From Candidatus Ozemobacter sibiricus (GTDB lineage Bacteria; Muiribacteriota; Ozemobacteria; Ozemobacterales; Ozemobacteraceae): a DNA stretch of 64,000 bases. The DNA lies in the NCBI GenBank assembly GCA_003327425.1, contig QOQW01000002.1, forward strand, positions 223,972 to 287,971. Reading direction: 5' to 3'. The notes below the pieces were generated by a model that did no database searches, was not told the DNA's origin, and saw nothing but the letters and a program-made list of their open reading frames with translations. Made by a program: the position numbers and the translations under genes. Shown here in pieces: positions 8,205 through 17,632 of the stretch (the first letter of the stretch is position 1; each line of letters starts with the position of its first letter).

Positions 8205-11201
8205 TCAACGGTCGAGCAGGGTCCGTAGCGCCTGCGCCAGCTGGTGGATCGTGAAAGGCTTCTGGAGGAAGGCGACACCGGAGGGCAGCACCCCCGCCTG
8301 GGCGATGACCTCTTCGGAGGAGCCCGACATGAACAGCACCTTCAGGCCAGGGAAGCGCGCGGTGAAGGTGGCAGCCAGGGCTCGACCATTCAGCTCGGGC
8401 AGGACGACATCGGTCAGCAGGAGCTGGATGGGCCCCCGATGGGCGGTGGCGATGGTCATGGCCTGCCCGGGCTGGTCGGTCGCCAGCACCTGATACCCCA
8501 ACTGGTCCAGCATGCCTCGAATCATGGCCAGCAGCCCCGGCTCGTCCTCCACCACCAGGATGGTCTCGCCGCGACTCTCGAGGGGCGCGGCGGGCGCCGC
8601 CGCGGCCGGGCGGTCAGCGGAGGCGATCGCGGCGGGGAAATAGAGGTGGAAGGTCGAGCCCGCCCCCGGGTCGCTGACGACCTTGATGAAGCCGCGATTC
8701 TGCCGCATGATGCCATAGACCATGGCCAGGCCCATGCCGGTGGCCCTGCCCAGCCCCTTGGTGGTGAAGAACGGCTCGAACAACCGATCCTGGGTGGCCT
8801 GATCCATGCCGCGCCCGGTGTCGCTCACCGAGAGCTGCACGAAATCCCCGCTCGCGAACTCCTCATGGTTTTCACGAGTGGCCTGGTCGAAGCGGACCGG
8901 TCGGGTGGCGAGGGCGATCTTCCCGGGCCCGGCGATGGCGTCGCGAGCATTGGTGATGAGGCTGACGAGCACGTGTTCGATCTGCGTCGGATCGAGACAG
9001 ACGAAGCAGGGATCAGACCAGGGCACCCAGGCACATTCGATCTGGTCGCCAAGCAATCGCCGCAGCCGCGGGAGCGCCTCGGCCACCACCTCGTTCAAAT
9101 CGAGGCGGCGCGGGCTGATCGGCTGTTTGCGGGCGAAGCCGAGCAGTTGTCGGGTGAGATCGGCCGACCGCCGGGCCGCCTGGAAGATGGCCTGCAGACC
9201 TTGGTAATGCGGGTGTTTCGTGTCGAGCGGAGCCAGGAGCAGCTCGGCGTACCCCAGGATCACCCCGAGCATGTTGTTGAAGTCATGGGCGATCCCGCCT
9301 GCCAGGCGCCCGATCGCCTCCAGTTTGGCCGCCTGCTGCAAGTGCGCCTGGAGCTTTTCCTTCTCGGCCTCCAGCCGGTGCCGTGCCGTCATGTCCCGGG
9401 CGAAGCCCTCGACGGCCACGACCCGTCCCTGCCCATCGAACACAGGCGATTCGGAGACTTCGATCCGCCGGATGTCGCCGTTCTTGTGGAAGACCTCGAT
9501 CTCGTAGGCCGGCTGCTGGATGCCCTGCAGGGAAAGCCGGTTGAACCGCTCGGCGGCCTGGTTCACGGGATTGGGCGTGAAGAAGGTCGAATAGTGCACC
9601 ATCGCCTCCTCGAGGGAATACCCCAGGACCGAGGTGAACGATGGGCTGAGATAGGTCAGGACCCCATCGGGCCCGTGGCGGAAGAAGAAATACTCCGACC
9701 GCAACCCTTCGACAAGCTGGCGGAAGGTTTCTTCGCTGGCCGTCAACGCCATTTCGGCCTGCTGGCGTTCGGTGATGACATCGAAGATCGCCACGAAATG
9801 GTCGGGACGGGGGCAGTAGACAGACAGATGGAGCCACATGTCCAGAGATTGCAGAGGGACTTCGCCCGCCCAGGGCCGCCCGGTCTTCGCCACTTCGCCG
9901 ACGATCTCCAGCAGGGCAGGATCTTTCTTCCGGAAGTTCGACATGACCTCGGACGCCTTTTTCCCGACGACATCGGGCAGACCCGTCTGTCGAGCGAAGG
10001 ACTCATTCACCGACACAAAGACGAAATCTTCCGGAGCCCCTTCCGGTGAGAACAGCATCCGGCAATAGGCGAAGCCGTTGAGCATGTTCCGGAACAGCGA
10101 GCCGTAGAGGGCTTCGCTGGCGGCCAGTTCTTCCTTGACCCGCGACTGATCGGCCGCGAGGGCAGCCGTGGCGCGGCACTGTGCTTCGGCGTGCTGCCGG
10201 GCCTGGGTCTGCTCGAGAAGGGCTTGCTGCCAGACCGATCTCTGCCGCTGCCAGCCGAGGTACAGGACGCCGATGAACCCGAGAACCAGCGGGCCATACA
10301 GGCCCCCGAGGAGGTAGCGTTCCTGGCGCAGGGGGGCGAATGCCTCGTCGGCATCGATCTTGGTCACCATGACCCAGGGCGTATCGGGAATCGGCGTCAG
10401 CACCGACAGCACCGCCACGTCACGATCATCCCGGCCTTCGAAGCAACCGATGGTGCCCAGGACACCCTGGACGCCCGGGATTTCCAGACGGGTCAGGGGG
10501 ATCCGGAGCTGCAGGGCGGTGTCGGCGCGGTGCCGGAGGTCGTTGAGGAACAAGGCGGCATCGCCGTCTCGCCGCACCAGCAGAGTTTCGGCCGTCAGGG
10601 AGGGGGTCGGCCAGGTGCGAATCAGAGGATACAGGGAGTCGGCCGCCTCGCACTGGAGCACCACGGCCCCCACCGCCCGACGCCGCGTGCCGTGGGAGAT
10701 GAGCACGGGCGCGATGAAATCGAGGTGCGAGGTCGGAGGAGACCCCTGGCGGTACAGATCGACCGGCCGCGGGAGACCGTCGGCCAGGGCCAGAGCCAGC
10801 GCCGACATCGTTTCGGGGGAGATGGTGCCAGGGGGCGAGGCGAGCGACAGACGCACCGTTCCGGCCGCATCGACCACCAGGCTGTTGGCGTAGGGCGATG
10901 CGCCCTGGAGGTGGCGCAGGTACGCCCGGATCTCGGCGTCAGCGGTGGGATCATCGACCTCGAGCAGCCGTGCCACCCGTTCGGCCAGCCAGGCATTCGC
11001 CTGGACGAGGCGGGCATCGCTCAACCTCGCCCGGCGCCACTCCATGATCTGGTCTTTCTTGAGCTGGGCGATGGCAAGAAGGCTGGCATAGGCTTCGTGG
11101 CGCCGGAGATCCGTCTGGAGGCGGGAATACCAGAGGCCGGCGACCATCAGCAGGCCGCACAGCACGGCTGCTGGCTTCCAGGGGAATCCGGCAGGGGGCA
11201 T
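8205..11201 (-). CDS. Membrane hybrid histidine kinase (TM-Cache-like-TM-PAS-PAS-HK-REC), paralog of 4153-7116
   Basis: '[11 protein letters not shown]', 'NARDA', 'ATGMGL' and receiver 'TDVVLP'. The extracytoplasmic 'WPTPS.T.ETLLVRR' block is shared with 4153-7116. Start is ATG 11201, or GTG 11216. Confidence 0.95.
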   Translation of the reverse strand: MPPAGFPWKPAAVLCGLLMVAGLWYSRLQTDLRRHEAYASLLAIAQLKKDQIMEWRRARLSDARLVQANAWLAERVARLLEVDDPTADAEIRAYLRHLQGASPYANSLVVDAAGTVRLSLASPPGTISPETMSALALALADGLPRPVDLYRQGSPPTSHLDFIAPVLISHGTRRRAVGAVVLQCEAADSLYPLIRTWPTPSLTAETLLVRRDGDAALFLNDLRHRADTALQLRIPLTRLEIPGVQGVLGTIGCFEGRDDRDVAVLSVLTPIPDTPWVMVTKIDADEAFAPLRQERYLLGGLYGPLVLGFIGVLYLGWQRQRSVWQQALLEQTQARQHAEAQCRATAALAADQSRVKEELAASEALYGSLFRNMLNGFAYCRMLFSPEGAPEDFVFVSVNESFARQTGLPDVVGKKASEVMSNFRKKDPALLEIVGEVAKTGRPWAGEVPLQSLDMWLHLSVYCPRPDHFVAIFDVITERQQAEMALTASEETFRQLVEGLRSEYFFFRHGPDGVLTYLSPSFTSVLGYSLEEAMVHYSTFFTPNPVNQAAERFNRLSLQGIQQPAYEIEVFHKNGDIRRIEVSESPVFDGQGRVVAVEGFARDMTARHRLEAEKEKLQAHLQQAAKLEAIGRLAGGIAHDFNNMLGVILGYAELLLAPLDTKHPHYQGLQAIFQAARRSADLTRQLLGFARKQPISPRRLDLNEVVAEALPRLRRLLGDQIECAWVPWSDPCFVCLDPTQIEHVLVSLITNARDAIAGPGKIALATRPVRFDQATRENHEEFASGDFVQLSVSDTGRGMDQATQDRLFEPFFTTKGLGRATGMGLAMVYGIMRQNRGFIKVVSDPGAGSTFHLYFPAAIASADRPAAAAPAAPLESRGETILVVEDEPGLLAMIRGMLDQLGYQVLATDQPGQAMTIATAHRGPIQLLLTDVVLPELNGRALAATFTARFPGLKVLFMSGSSEEVIAQAGVLPSGVAFLQKPFTIHQLAQALRTLLDR

Positions 11202-11355
11202 CCCGGGACCTCTCACGAATGGCAGAGTCGGGCGGGGGAAGGAGGTCTCCTCTCAATGATACCACATCGTCGAGCCCCGTCCGCAAAACAAGCGACAGGC
11301 GCTCCTCTGACGCGGCACGCCAGACCAGAGGGCGGATGGATCGGTCGGGCCGCGG

Positions 11356-13086
11356 TCAGGAATCCTCGGGGTCGCGTTCCTTGACCACGGCGCGGATCAT
11401 GCGCAGGCCGAGGAAGGCGGCGCCGACGTAGCCGACGATGCCCAGGAAGAGACCGGCCGGCACGCCGAAGACGAGATACTCGAACCGGGTGAAGGTGAGC
11501 AGGAGCGAGGAGCTGAGAATCAAGGCGCTGATGACGAGGGCGGCCGAGATCTTCCCGGCGATGCCCTCGAGATTGCGCATCAAACGGCCCTGTTCGAGCT
11601 GTTCGACCTTGATCCGCAGGTCGCCCGCCTGCAGATCGTCGAGGATGGTCATGACATGGGTCGGCAGTTCATGCGACCAGTGGTAGAACTCGTTGAGCCG
11701 CTTGACCAGGGTGCGACGCAGGTGCTTGGGGGAATACCGCGCCAGCACCAGCTTCTGGATGAAGGGCGCCACCGCCGCCTCGATATCGAGGCTGGGGTCG
11801 AGTTCCTTGCCCAGGCCCTCGATGGTCAGCAGGGCCTTGCCCATCAGCGTGTATTCATTGGGCACCTTCAGGTGGTGACGACGCGCACCTTCGAGCAGAT
11901 CGGTCAGAATCTCGCTGAACTGGATCTCTTCGAGGGGCAGGCCGACGATCTTGTCCATGACCTCGGCGATGTCGCGGCGCAGCCGGGCCTGGTTGACCTT
12001 CCCCTCGCGGATGCCCATCATCATCAGAAGGCGGCCGATCTCTTCGACATCACGCTCGAGGAGGGCGACGATGAGGTCGGCCAGGCGGAAGCGCATGCCT
12101 TCATCGAGCCGGCCGACCATGCCGAGATCGAGGAAGGCGATGCGATTGCCCTCGAGGGCGAAGATGTTGCCGGGGTGCGGGTCGGCATGGAAGAAGCCGG
12201 CCTCGAAGACCATCACCAGGACGGCCTGCAGGGCGACGCGAGCCAGCGTCTTCTTGTCGTCGCCGATGGTCTCGCCGAGATCGATCTTGACCCCGCGGAT
12301 CCGCTCCATGGTCAGGACGCGACGGGTCGAGAATCGCTTGAAGACGCGCGGTACCACGACCTCGGGGTGCGACCGGAAGATCTCGGCGAATTTGAGAGCG
12401 TTGCGCAGTTCGGTCGTGTAATCGAGTTCGCGGCGGATCGCCTTGCTGAACTCCTGCAGGATGCCGGTCATGTCGTAGGGTTTGAAACGGGGGAAGCGGG
12501 TCTCGAGGGCGCGGGCCAGCATCAGCATGAGGTCGATGTCGCTCTCGATGGTCGCCTGCACGCCCGGGCGCTGCACCTTGACCACGACCTCCTCGCCCGA
12601 CGTGAGGCGGGCGGCGTAGACCTGGCCGATCGAGGCGGTGCCGAGCGGGGTCTCGTCGAACCTTTCGAACAGCTCGGTCAGGGGCCGCCCCAGTTCGGTC
12701 TCGATCTGCCGGCGCGCGTCGGCGAACTCGAAGGGCGGCACGTTATCCTGCAGCTTCTTCAGCTCGGCGGCGTATTCCTCGGGAATGAGATCGGGCCGGG
12801 TGCTCAGCACCTGGCCCAGTTTGATGAAGGTCGGGCCCAGGTCCTGGAAGACGAGGCGCAGCCGGGCGGCGGCGGTGGTCGGCTCGGCCGGCTCCTCCCC
12901 CTCGGCCGGCACCTGGAACGAACGGATCAGCGGCCCCACGCCGTAGGTCTCGGTCTTGGCCAGGGCGGCGACCAATTGGCCGAACCCGTGGCGGGCGAGA
13001 ACGGTGACGATGTCCCGCACCCGCCGGATGTCCTTGATGACGGTCATCGGGTTGAGGGGAAAGAGGAACTGCCGGTCATTCGCCAT
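11356..13086 (-). CDS. ABC1/UbiB (AarF) family atypical protein kinase
   Basis: 'DLGPTFIKLGQ', 'ASIGQVY', 'VVVKVQRP', 'HADPHPGN', 'FLDLGMVG' and two C-terminal TM helices. SD AAGGAG at 13094-13099. Confidence 0.93.
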   Translation of the reverse strand: MANDRQFLFPLNPMTVIKDIRRVRDIVTVLARHGFGQLVAALAKTETYGVGPLIRSFQVPAEGEEPAEPTTAAARLRLVFQDLGPTFIKLGQVLSTRPDLIPEEYAAELKKLQDNVPPFEFADARRQIETELGRPLTELFERFDETPLGTASIGQVYAARLTSGEEVVVKVQRPGVQATIESDIDLMLMLARALETRFPRFKPYDMTGILQEFSKAIRRELDYTTELRNALKFAEIFRSHPEVVVPRVFKRFSTRRVLTMERIRGVKIDLGETIGDDKKTLARVALQAVLVMVFEAGFFHADPHPGNIFALEGNRIAFLDLGMVGRLDEGMRFRLADLIVALLERDVEEIGRLLMMMGIREGKVNQARLRRDIAEVMDKIVGLPLEEIQFSEILTDLLEGARRHHLKVPNEYTLMGKALLTIEGLGKELDPSLDIEAAVAPFIQKLVLARYSPKHLRRTLVKRLNEFYHWSHELPTHVMTILDDLQAGDLRIKVEQLEQGRLMRNLEGIAGKISAALVISALILSSSLLLTFTRFEYLVFGVPAGLFLGIVGYVGAAFLGLRMIRAVVKERDPEDS

Positions 13087-13174
13087 GCCGATGCTCCTTC
13101 TGCGCCGTGGCGCGTGGTCGCCGCCGCCACTATACCATGGCGACCGGTCGGGTCAGAAGCACCCGGGCCCGCCG

Positions 13175-14734
13175 TCAGAACAACAGCTGGGTGGCCCCGA
13201 TGAGGGCGCCGAGAACACCGCCCAGCCAGGTGATGGCGCGCAGCTCGCGGGCGGAGATGGTCTGCACCAGCTTTTCCAGTTCGGCGGGCGGATAGCCGAG
13301 CAGTTCGGTGCGGACGATGCCTTCCATGTCGACCGCCTCGAGCACCTGGGGCGCCTTGTCGGAAACGACCTGCAGGAGGTGCTCGAGGGCGATGGCGGTG
13401 GCCTGCTCGAGCAGTTGGGAATTGGCGAAGCGCGCCACCCGGCCGATCGGCAGGTTGACCAGGATGTCGAACAACCACCATCCTTCTTTCTGGAGGAAGG
13501 CGGAGATCCGGCCGCGGCAGAGGTCGGTGCAGAGAGCGTGCGTCCAGGTGGCGGGGAAATGATCGGGCAGGCCGGCCATCCGTGCCAGGTCGCGGGCGGG
13601 CCGACGGGCGAGACGGCGGATTTCCTCGGCCAGCGTGCGGGCCAGGAATTCTCGCAACTCGGGCTTGTGCAGCCCCTGCTCGGCGAAATCGGTCAACCGC
13701 TCGAGCAGGCGATCGAGGGAAGCAGCCGACCGGCCGGCCAGCAGGTCGTTGGGCGTGCGGGCCAGCAGGTCGGCGAGCAGCTCGAGCAGGGCCTTCTCGA
13801 AGCGAGCGCGGGTCTCGGCATCGGTCAAGGCTGCCTTCAGCTCAGGCACATTGGCAGCGAACATCGCCTCGACCCGCTCGAGGATGGGCTGCTTGAAGAC
13901 GGCGCGGGCCCCCATTTCGATGATGCCGGTGAAACTGCCGGGGTCGGCGACCGGCTTGTTCATCTCCTTCTCGACGGCTTCGCGCACGGCACGCCGGATC
14001 TTGTCGAGGTTGTCGGGGCTGAACAGGGCTTGCGCCACCCGCTCCTGCAGCACGGGGGCCAGGCCCGCCATCTCGGCCTGCAGCACTTCGTGGGCCTCGG
14101 GGGGCAGGGATTCGCCGAGGGCGCGCGCCGAGTTGGCCCAGTCGACGACGAGACGGGCCATGCCCTGCTTGAGGGCGGCGCGCAGATCGCTCTGGCCGAA
14201 AAACTCCTCGAGATAGGCGCGGCAACGGCCGTCGAGATCGACCTCCTGGTGGCGCAGGATCTCGTCGGGGCAGCGGGCCAGCGCCTGGTCGAGCAGGCCG
14301 CCGACGAAGGCGTGGCCGGCGTCGGTGGCGAGCCAGTCTTCGATGGCGGTGCCGAGGCGGCCGAGGGCGACCGCCACTGTTTCGGCCAGACGGGTCTTTT
14401 CGGAGGGCGACAGGTACTGGCCGAGCGCGCCCAGATCCTGTTCCAGGAAGCGATCGATCATCTCGCGGATCAAGCGCTCGATGGCGGCGCGCACGTCGGG
14501 GTCGGCGAAGCGGGCGACAATCTTCTCGCGGGTCAGCAGGCGGGTGGTGACCACCGTGGCGATCTTGGCGGCCAGTTCCGGCTGCCGCTTGGGAATCAGC
14601 CCCTGCCATTCCAGGCCCAGCAGCCCGACTTTGCGATACGGCCGGAAGATCATCTTGATGGCGATGCCATTGGTCAGCCCGCCGATCACGAACCCCATCG
14701 TCACCGGGTTGAACAGGACATCCCACACCGTCAT
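13175..14734 (-). CDS. DUF445 family membrane-anchored helical protein
   Basis: N-terminal 'IGGLTNGIAIKMIFRPY...QGLIPKRQPELA' and C-terminal 'ELRAITWLGGVLGALIG' are the conserved ends of DUF445. Confidence 0.88.
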   Translation of the reverse strand: MTVWDVLFNPVTMGFVIGGLTNGIAIKMIFRPYRKVGLLGLEWQGLIPKRQPELAAKIATVVTTRLLTREKIVARFADPDVRAAIERLIREMIDRFLEQDLGALGQYLSPSEKTRLAETVAVALGRLGTAIEDWLATDAGHAFVGGLLDQALARCPDEILRHQEVDLDGRCRAYLEEFFGQSDLRAALKQGMARLVVDWANSARALGESLPPEAHEVLQAEMAGLAPVLQERVAQALFSPDNLDKIRRAVREAVEKEMNKPVADPGSFTGIIEMGARAVFKQPILERVEAMFAANVPELKAALTDAETRARFEKALLELLADLLARTPNDLLAGRSAASLDRLLERLTDFAEQGLHKPELREFLARTLAEEIRRLARRPARDLARMAGLPDHFPATWTHALCTDLCRGRISAFLQKEGWWLFDILVNLPIGRVARFANSQLLEQATAIALEHLLQVVSDKAPQVLEAVDMEGIVRTELLGYPPAELEKLVQTISARELRAITWLGGVLGALIGATQLLF

Positions 14735-15008
14735 ACGCGCCCTCCCGACGGTTTGACTCTATCTCGTTCGCCCTCGTCGAGCAAGGGGGACCAGACCGCG
14801 CCAACAATAACGTGGAAAAAGCGACAGCCCGAGTGCTCATTCCCCGTTCCCCAGGGCCAGCGCCAGGGGCCGCCGCCCCTGGCCCCCTCATCGCCGCCGG
14901 CAGCCCGCAAGGCGTTCGGCAGGAGGCCACAGGCTGGTCAGGTGGAAGACCCCTGTGTCCTGGCAGTCTCAGGAAGGGGTCTGGTGGGCGTTTCGGTTAA
15001 GGCCCGAA

Positions 15009-15028
15009 CGCCCCGCCGAGGCGGGGCG
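15009..15028 (-). terminator. GC hairpin downstream of the 15071-16318 gene
   Basis: CGCCCCGC-CGAG-GCGGGGCG, an 8-bp stem about 40 nt past the stop. The U-tract is weak. Confidence 0.3.
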
Positions 15029-15070
15029 CGGGCTATGGGAACAGTCCGGGCGGAGACGGGGGGCGGACGC

Positions 15071-16318
15071 TCAGATCACCGTCGTCGGCGCGTCGGGATC
15101 GCCGAGGGCGGCATGGTCGTCCGGAGCATCGCCCGCCGCGGGCGGGTTCTCCGCGGGACTGGGGAACGGGGGATCGCCCTCCGTGGCGGGGACCGCCGGA
15201 GAGGCGGCATCCGTGGCGGCGGTGCCGGGGGCGCTGGGCGACCTCGACGAGCTCGATGAGCTCGATGCGCTCGATGAGCTGGCCGAGCCAGAAGCGCTGG
15301 CCGCAGCGGCGGAACCGCCGAGATCGTCGAGGAAGGCACGAACCAGATCGAGGAACTTCTTCAAGAAATCGAGGGCCGCCGCTGGGGGCGGCGACTGGTC
15401 GCCGGTCAGCTCGAGCCGGGCCGGAGGAAGGAGGGGATCCTGGAACGCCCGCGCCGAGCGGTCGGCGCGGAGCGGGCCGCTGACCATGGTGATCTCGATC
15501 CCGGCGCGGTTGTGCGGCCGGGGCCGGGTCGGCGCTGACGGCGAGGCGCCGTTGGCGACGGAGCTGATGTGCAGGCGGGCCAGGTCGAGGGCGCCGGTGG
15601 CGGGAAGGGGGCTGGTCTGAGCCGGGTTGCCGTTCAGCGAGGGCAGTCCGATGCCGCTCTGCACGGCCAGCAGGGAGCTGGACAGGGATTCCAGGCCCTG
15701 GGCGGCGCGACGGCGCAAGCTGTCGAAGAACGAGCCGGTGGCGGCCGGACCCTGGGGCATGATCTGCTGCGTTCCCTGCAAGAAGGCGCCGACCGGATCG
15801 CCCGACCAGCCGACCTGCCGGGCGAAGGTATCGGCGACGGCGCGGCCGGTCTCGTAGAAGGCGGCCTGCATCGGCCTGCCCCATTCGCCGAGATCGCCGG
15901 CGACGCGCGCGAAGAAGGAGAACTGCCAGCCGTACTGGCCTGGCGCCGCGTCGAGCGAGGCCGGCGACCGGCAGGCGCGGCACGGCTGGTCGACCTTCAG
16001 AACGGCGCCGGCGGGAGGAGCCCCGCCGGCCGGCGAGGCCGGGCTGGCGGCCGCGTCGAGAACGGGACGCTGGATCCCGGCGATGGTCCGGGTCAGGCGG
16101 AAGGCGACCTGGACCTTGTTCTGAAGGGTGGCCTCGAACCCCGACCCCGACGGGGCCGCTCCGCCGTTGCCGACAGTGGCAGGTGCCGTGGTCGAACCGG
16201 TGGTCGTCGCGGCGGCGGCGGCAGGGGCAGAAGCGGCCGTGGTCGTGGCCGAGGAGGAAGTGGTGGAGGGAGTCGGGGCATACAGGGTGCCGACGGGCTG
16301 AACCGTGGTGGTGGTCAT
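15071..16318 (-). CDS. Hypothetical Ala/Thr/Ser/Pro-rich protein (415 aa)
   Basis: Strong SD GGAGG 7-8 nt before ATG 16318 (MTTTTVQPVG) and a GC3-rich frame. Low-complexity ends surround a globular-looking core. No family recognised. Confidence 0.7.
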   Translation of the reverse strand: MTTTTVQPVGTLYAPTPSTTSSSATTTAASAPAAAAATTTGSTTAPATVGNGGAAPSGSGFEATLQNKVQVAFRLTRTIAGIQRPVLDAAASPASPAGGAPPAGAVLKVDQPCRACRSPASLDAAPGQYGWQFSFFARVAGDLGEWGRPMQAAFYETGRAVADTFARQVGWSGDPVGAFLQGTQQIMPQGPAATGSFFDSLRRRAAQGLESLSSSLLAVQSGIGLPSLNGNPAQTSPLPATGALDLARLHISSVANGASPSAPTRPRPHNRAGIEITMVSGPLRADRSARAFQDPLLPPARLELTGDQSPPPAAALDFLKKFLDLVRAFLDDLGGSAAAASASGSASSSSASSSSSSSRSPSAPGTAATDAASPAVPATEGDPPFPSPAENPPAAGDAPDDHAALGDPDAPTTVI

Positions 16319-16492
16319 GGCGTTGCCTCCTGATGCATTCGCGGTGGGTGGTCCGTGGGGCCCTCTCCGACGGCGCCTCGCCATCCGTGAGCGCGAGGAG
16401 CGGGGGTCGGGTCGGCGGGCCCCGGGCCCTGGTCGCCTTGTGGCCTTATCAGGCCCGGGGCCGCCTTCCCTCTGCCGGAGGTTCCGTGCGTC

Positions 16493-16615
16493 CTAGCGTC
16501 CGATGTGGAGGGTCGGCCGACTTCCCTTTCGGGCCGGACCTTCGATCTCCCAGTCCCAAAGGATCCATCCCTCGATGCGTTTCACCCGATCTTTCTCTTT
16601 CCTGGCGGTGGACAT
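16493..16615 (-). CDS. Putative 40-aa small protein (not in the ORF track)
   Basis: SD AAGAAGGAGG (16634-16625) lies 9 nt before the ATG. Translation: MSTARKEKDRVKRIEGWILWDWEIEGPARKGSRPTLHIGR. It may instead be part of a regulatory RNA (see findings). Confidence 0.45.
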   Translation of the reverse strand: MSTARKEKDRVKRIEGWILWDWEIEGPARKGSRPTLHIGR

Positions 16616-16985
16616 GATGTGCTGCCTCCTTCTTTTCGGGCCGGACGGGGGGCTATCCTGTTTCCCTGACTCCTACATACCTCATCGTCCCGCGCGAGCT
16701 GGCCGTTGAAGTCGAAGGAAAGGCGTTTTCATAGCGAACCGCCCATTTTTCTCTTCCGTACGCGTTCGTTCGCCCCGCGATACGGGGGAGGCAGAAATTT
16801 TCAGTTTCTTTCCACTGACCTCGAGCGAGGCTCATCTAGCGCGTTCAGCCCGGCTCGCGACCGGCGCCGGCCACGATCTGGAACAGGGTGGTAAACACCC
16901 CCCAGGCCAGCGGTCGCGGGCCGGTGGCCCCACGGTAGATGGAACCCGCCCCGGCAGGAGGCCGCGCGGCCGGGCGGGAAAAGAC

Positions 16986-17540
16986 CTAGAGCGCCTGGCC
17001 GAGGGCTTCGGCCTCGCGCAGGAGGTCGGGGCGCTTCTGGACGTCGCCGGGGTCGTGCAGGTCGCCCGCCATCAGACTGCCGGCGTGCCGCATCTTGAAG
17101 AACTCGCCCAGCCAGTATTTCAGGTAGTCGGTGACCTCTTTGAAGCGGTCGGCGGGAGCGCCCGAGGTGACGATGGTGACGAACCGCTTGCCCTTGACAT
17201 GGCGGATCGAGAAATCGGGCTCGGCGAAGGTGATCCAGCGATCGAAGAAGGTTTTGAGCAGGCCGGTGATCTGCCCCATGTAGACGGGAGAGGCGAAGAC
17301 GACGGTGTCGGCGGCCAGCAGGTCGCGGGCCATCGGCGTGAAATCATCGTCATGCACGCAGAATTCGACCTTCCGCCCCATGCAGGCATAGCAAGCGAGG
17401 CAGGGTTCGACCCGCTGGTCGATCAGGTGGAAGACCTTGGCGGTATGCCCTTTCTTCTGGGCCCCGGCCACCAGGGCCTGGATCAGGGCGGCGCAGCCGC
17501 CGTTCTTGCGCGGGCTGCCGTTGAAGACGACGATGTTCAT
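16986..17540 (-). CDS. Flavodoxin-fold iron-sulfur flavoprotein / NADPH-dependent FMN reductase family
   Basis: 'MNIVVFNGSPRKNG', Cys motif 'CLACYAC-x6-C' and 'FASPVYMG...LKTFFDR'. SD GGAGG before ATG 17540. Confidence 0.9.
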   Translation of the reverse strand: MNIVVFNGSPRKNGGCAALIQALVAGAQKKGHTAKVFHLIDQRVEPCLACYACMGRKVEFCVHDDDFTPMARDLLAADTVVFASPVYMGQITGLLKTFFDRWITFAEPDFSIRHVKGKRFVTIVTSGAPADRFKEVTDYLKYWLGEFFKMRHAGSLMAGDLHDPGDVQKRPDLLREAEALGQAL

Positions 17541-17632
17541 GGAAGACCTCCGGTCGATCGAATGTGGAAGAGCATTGTAGCGAAAACCGGCGCCGTCCAC
17601 CACCCGATCCGGGCAGGCACCGCCAGGCTCAC

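Noticed and set aside
16443-16455. Possible sigma28 -10 (CCTGATAA) upstream of the 415-aa orphan
   Set aside because: No TAAA -35 element at the required spacing.
16493-16615. The 40-aa ORF as a trp attenuator leader (three Trp within six codons)
   Set aside because: The Trp codons are not adjacent, there is no terminator/antiterminator with a U-tract, and no trp gene lies downstream.
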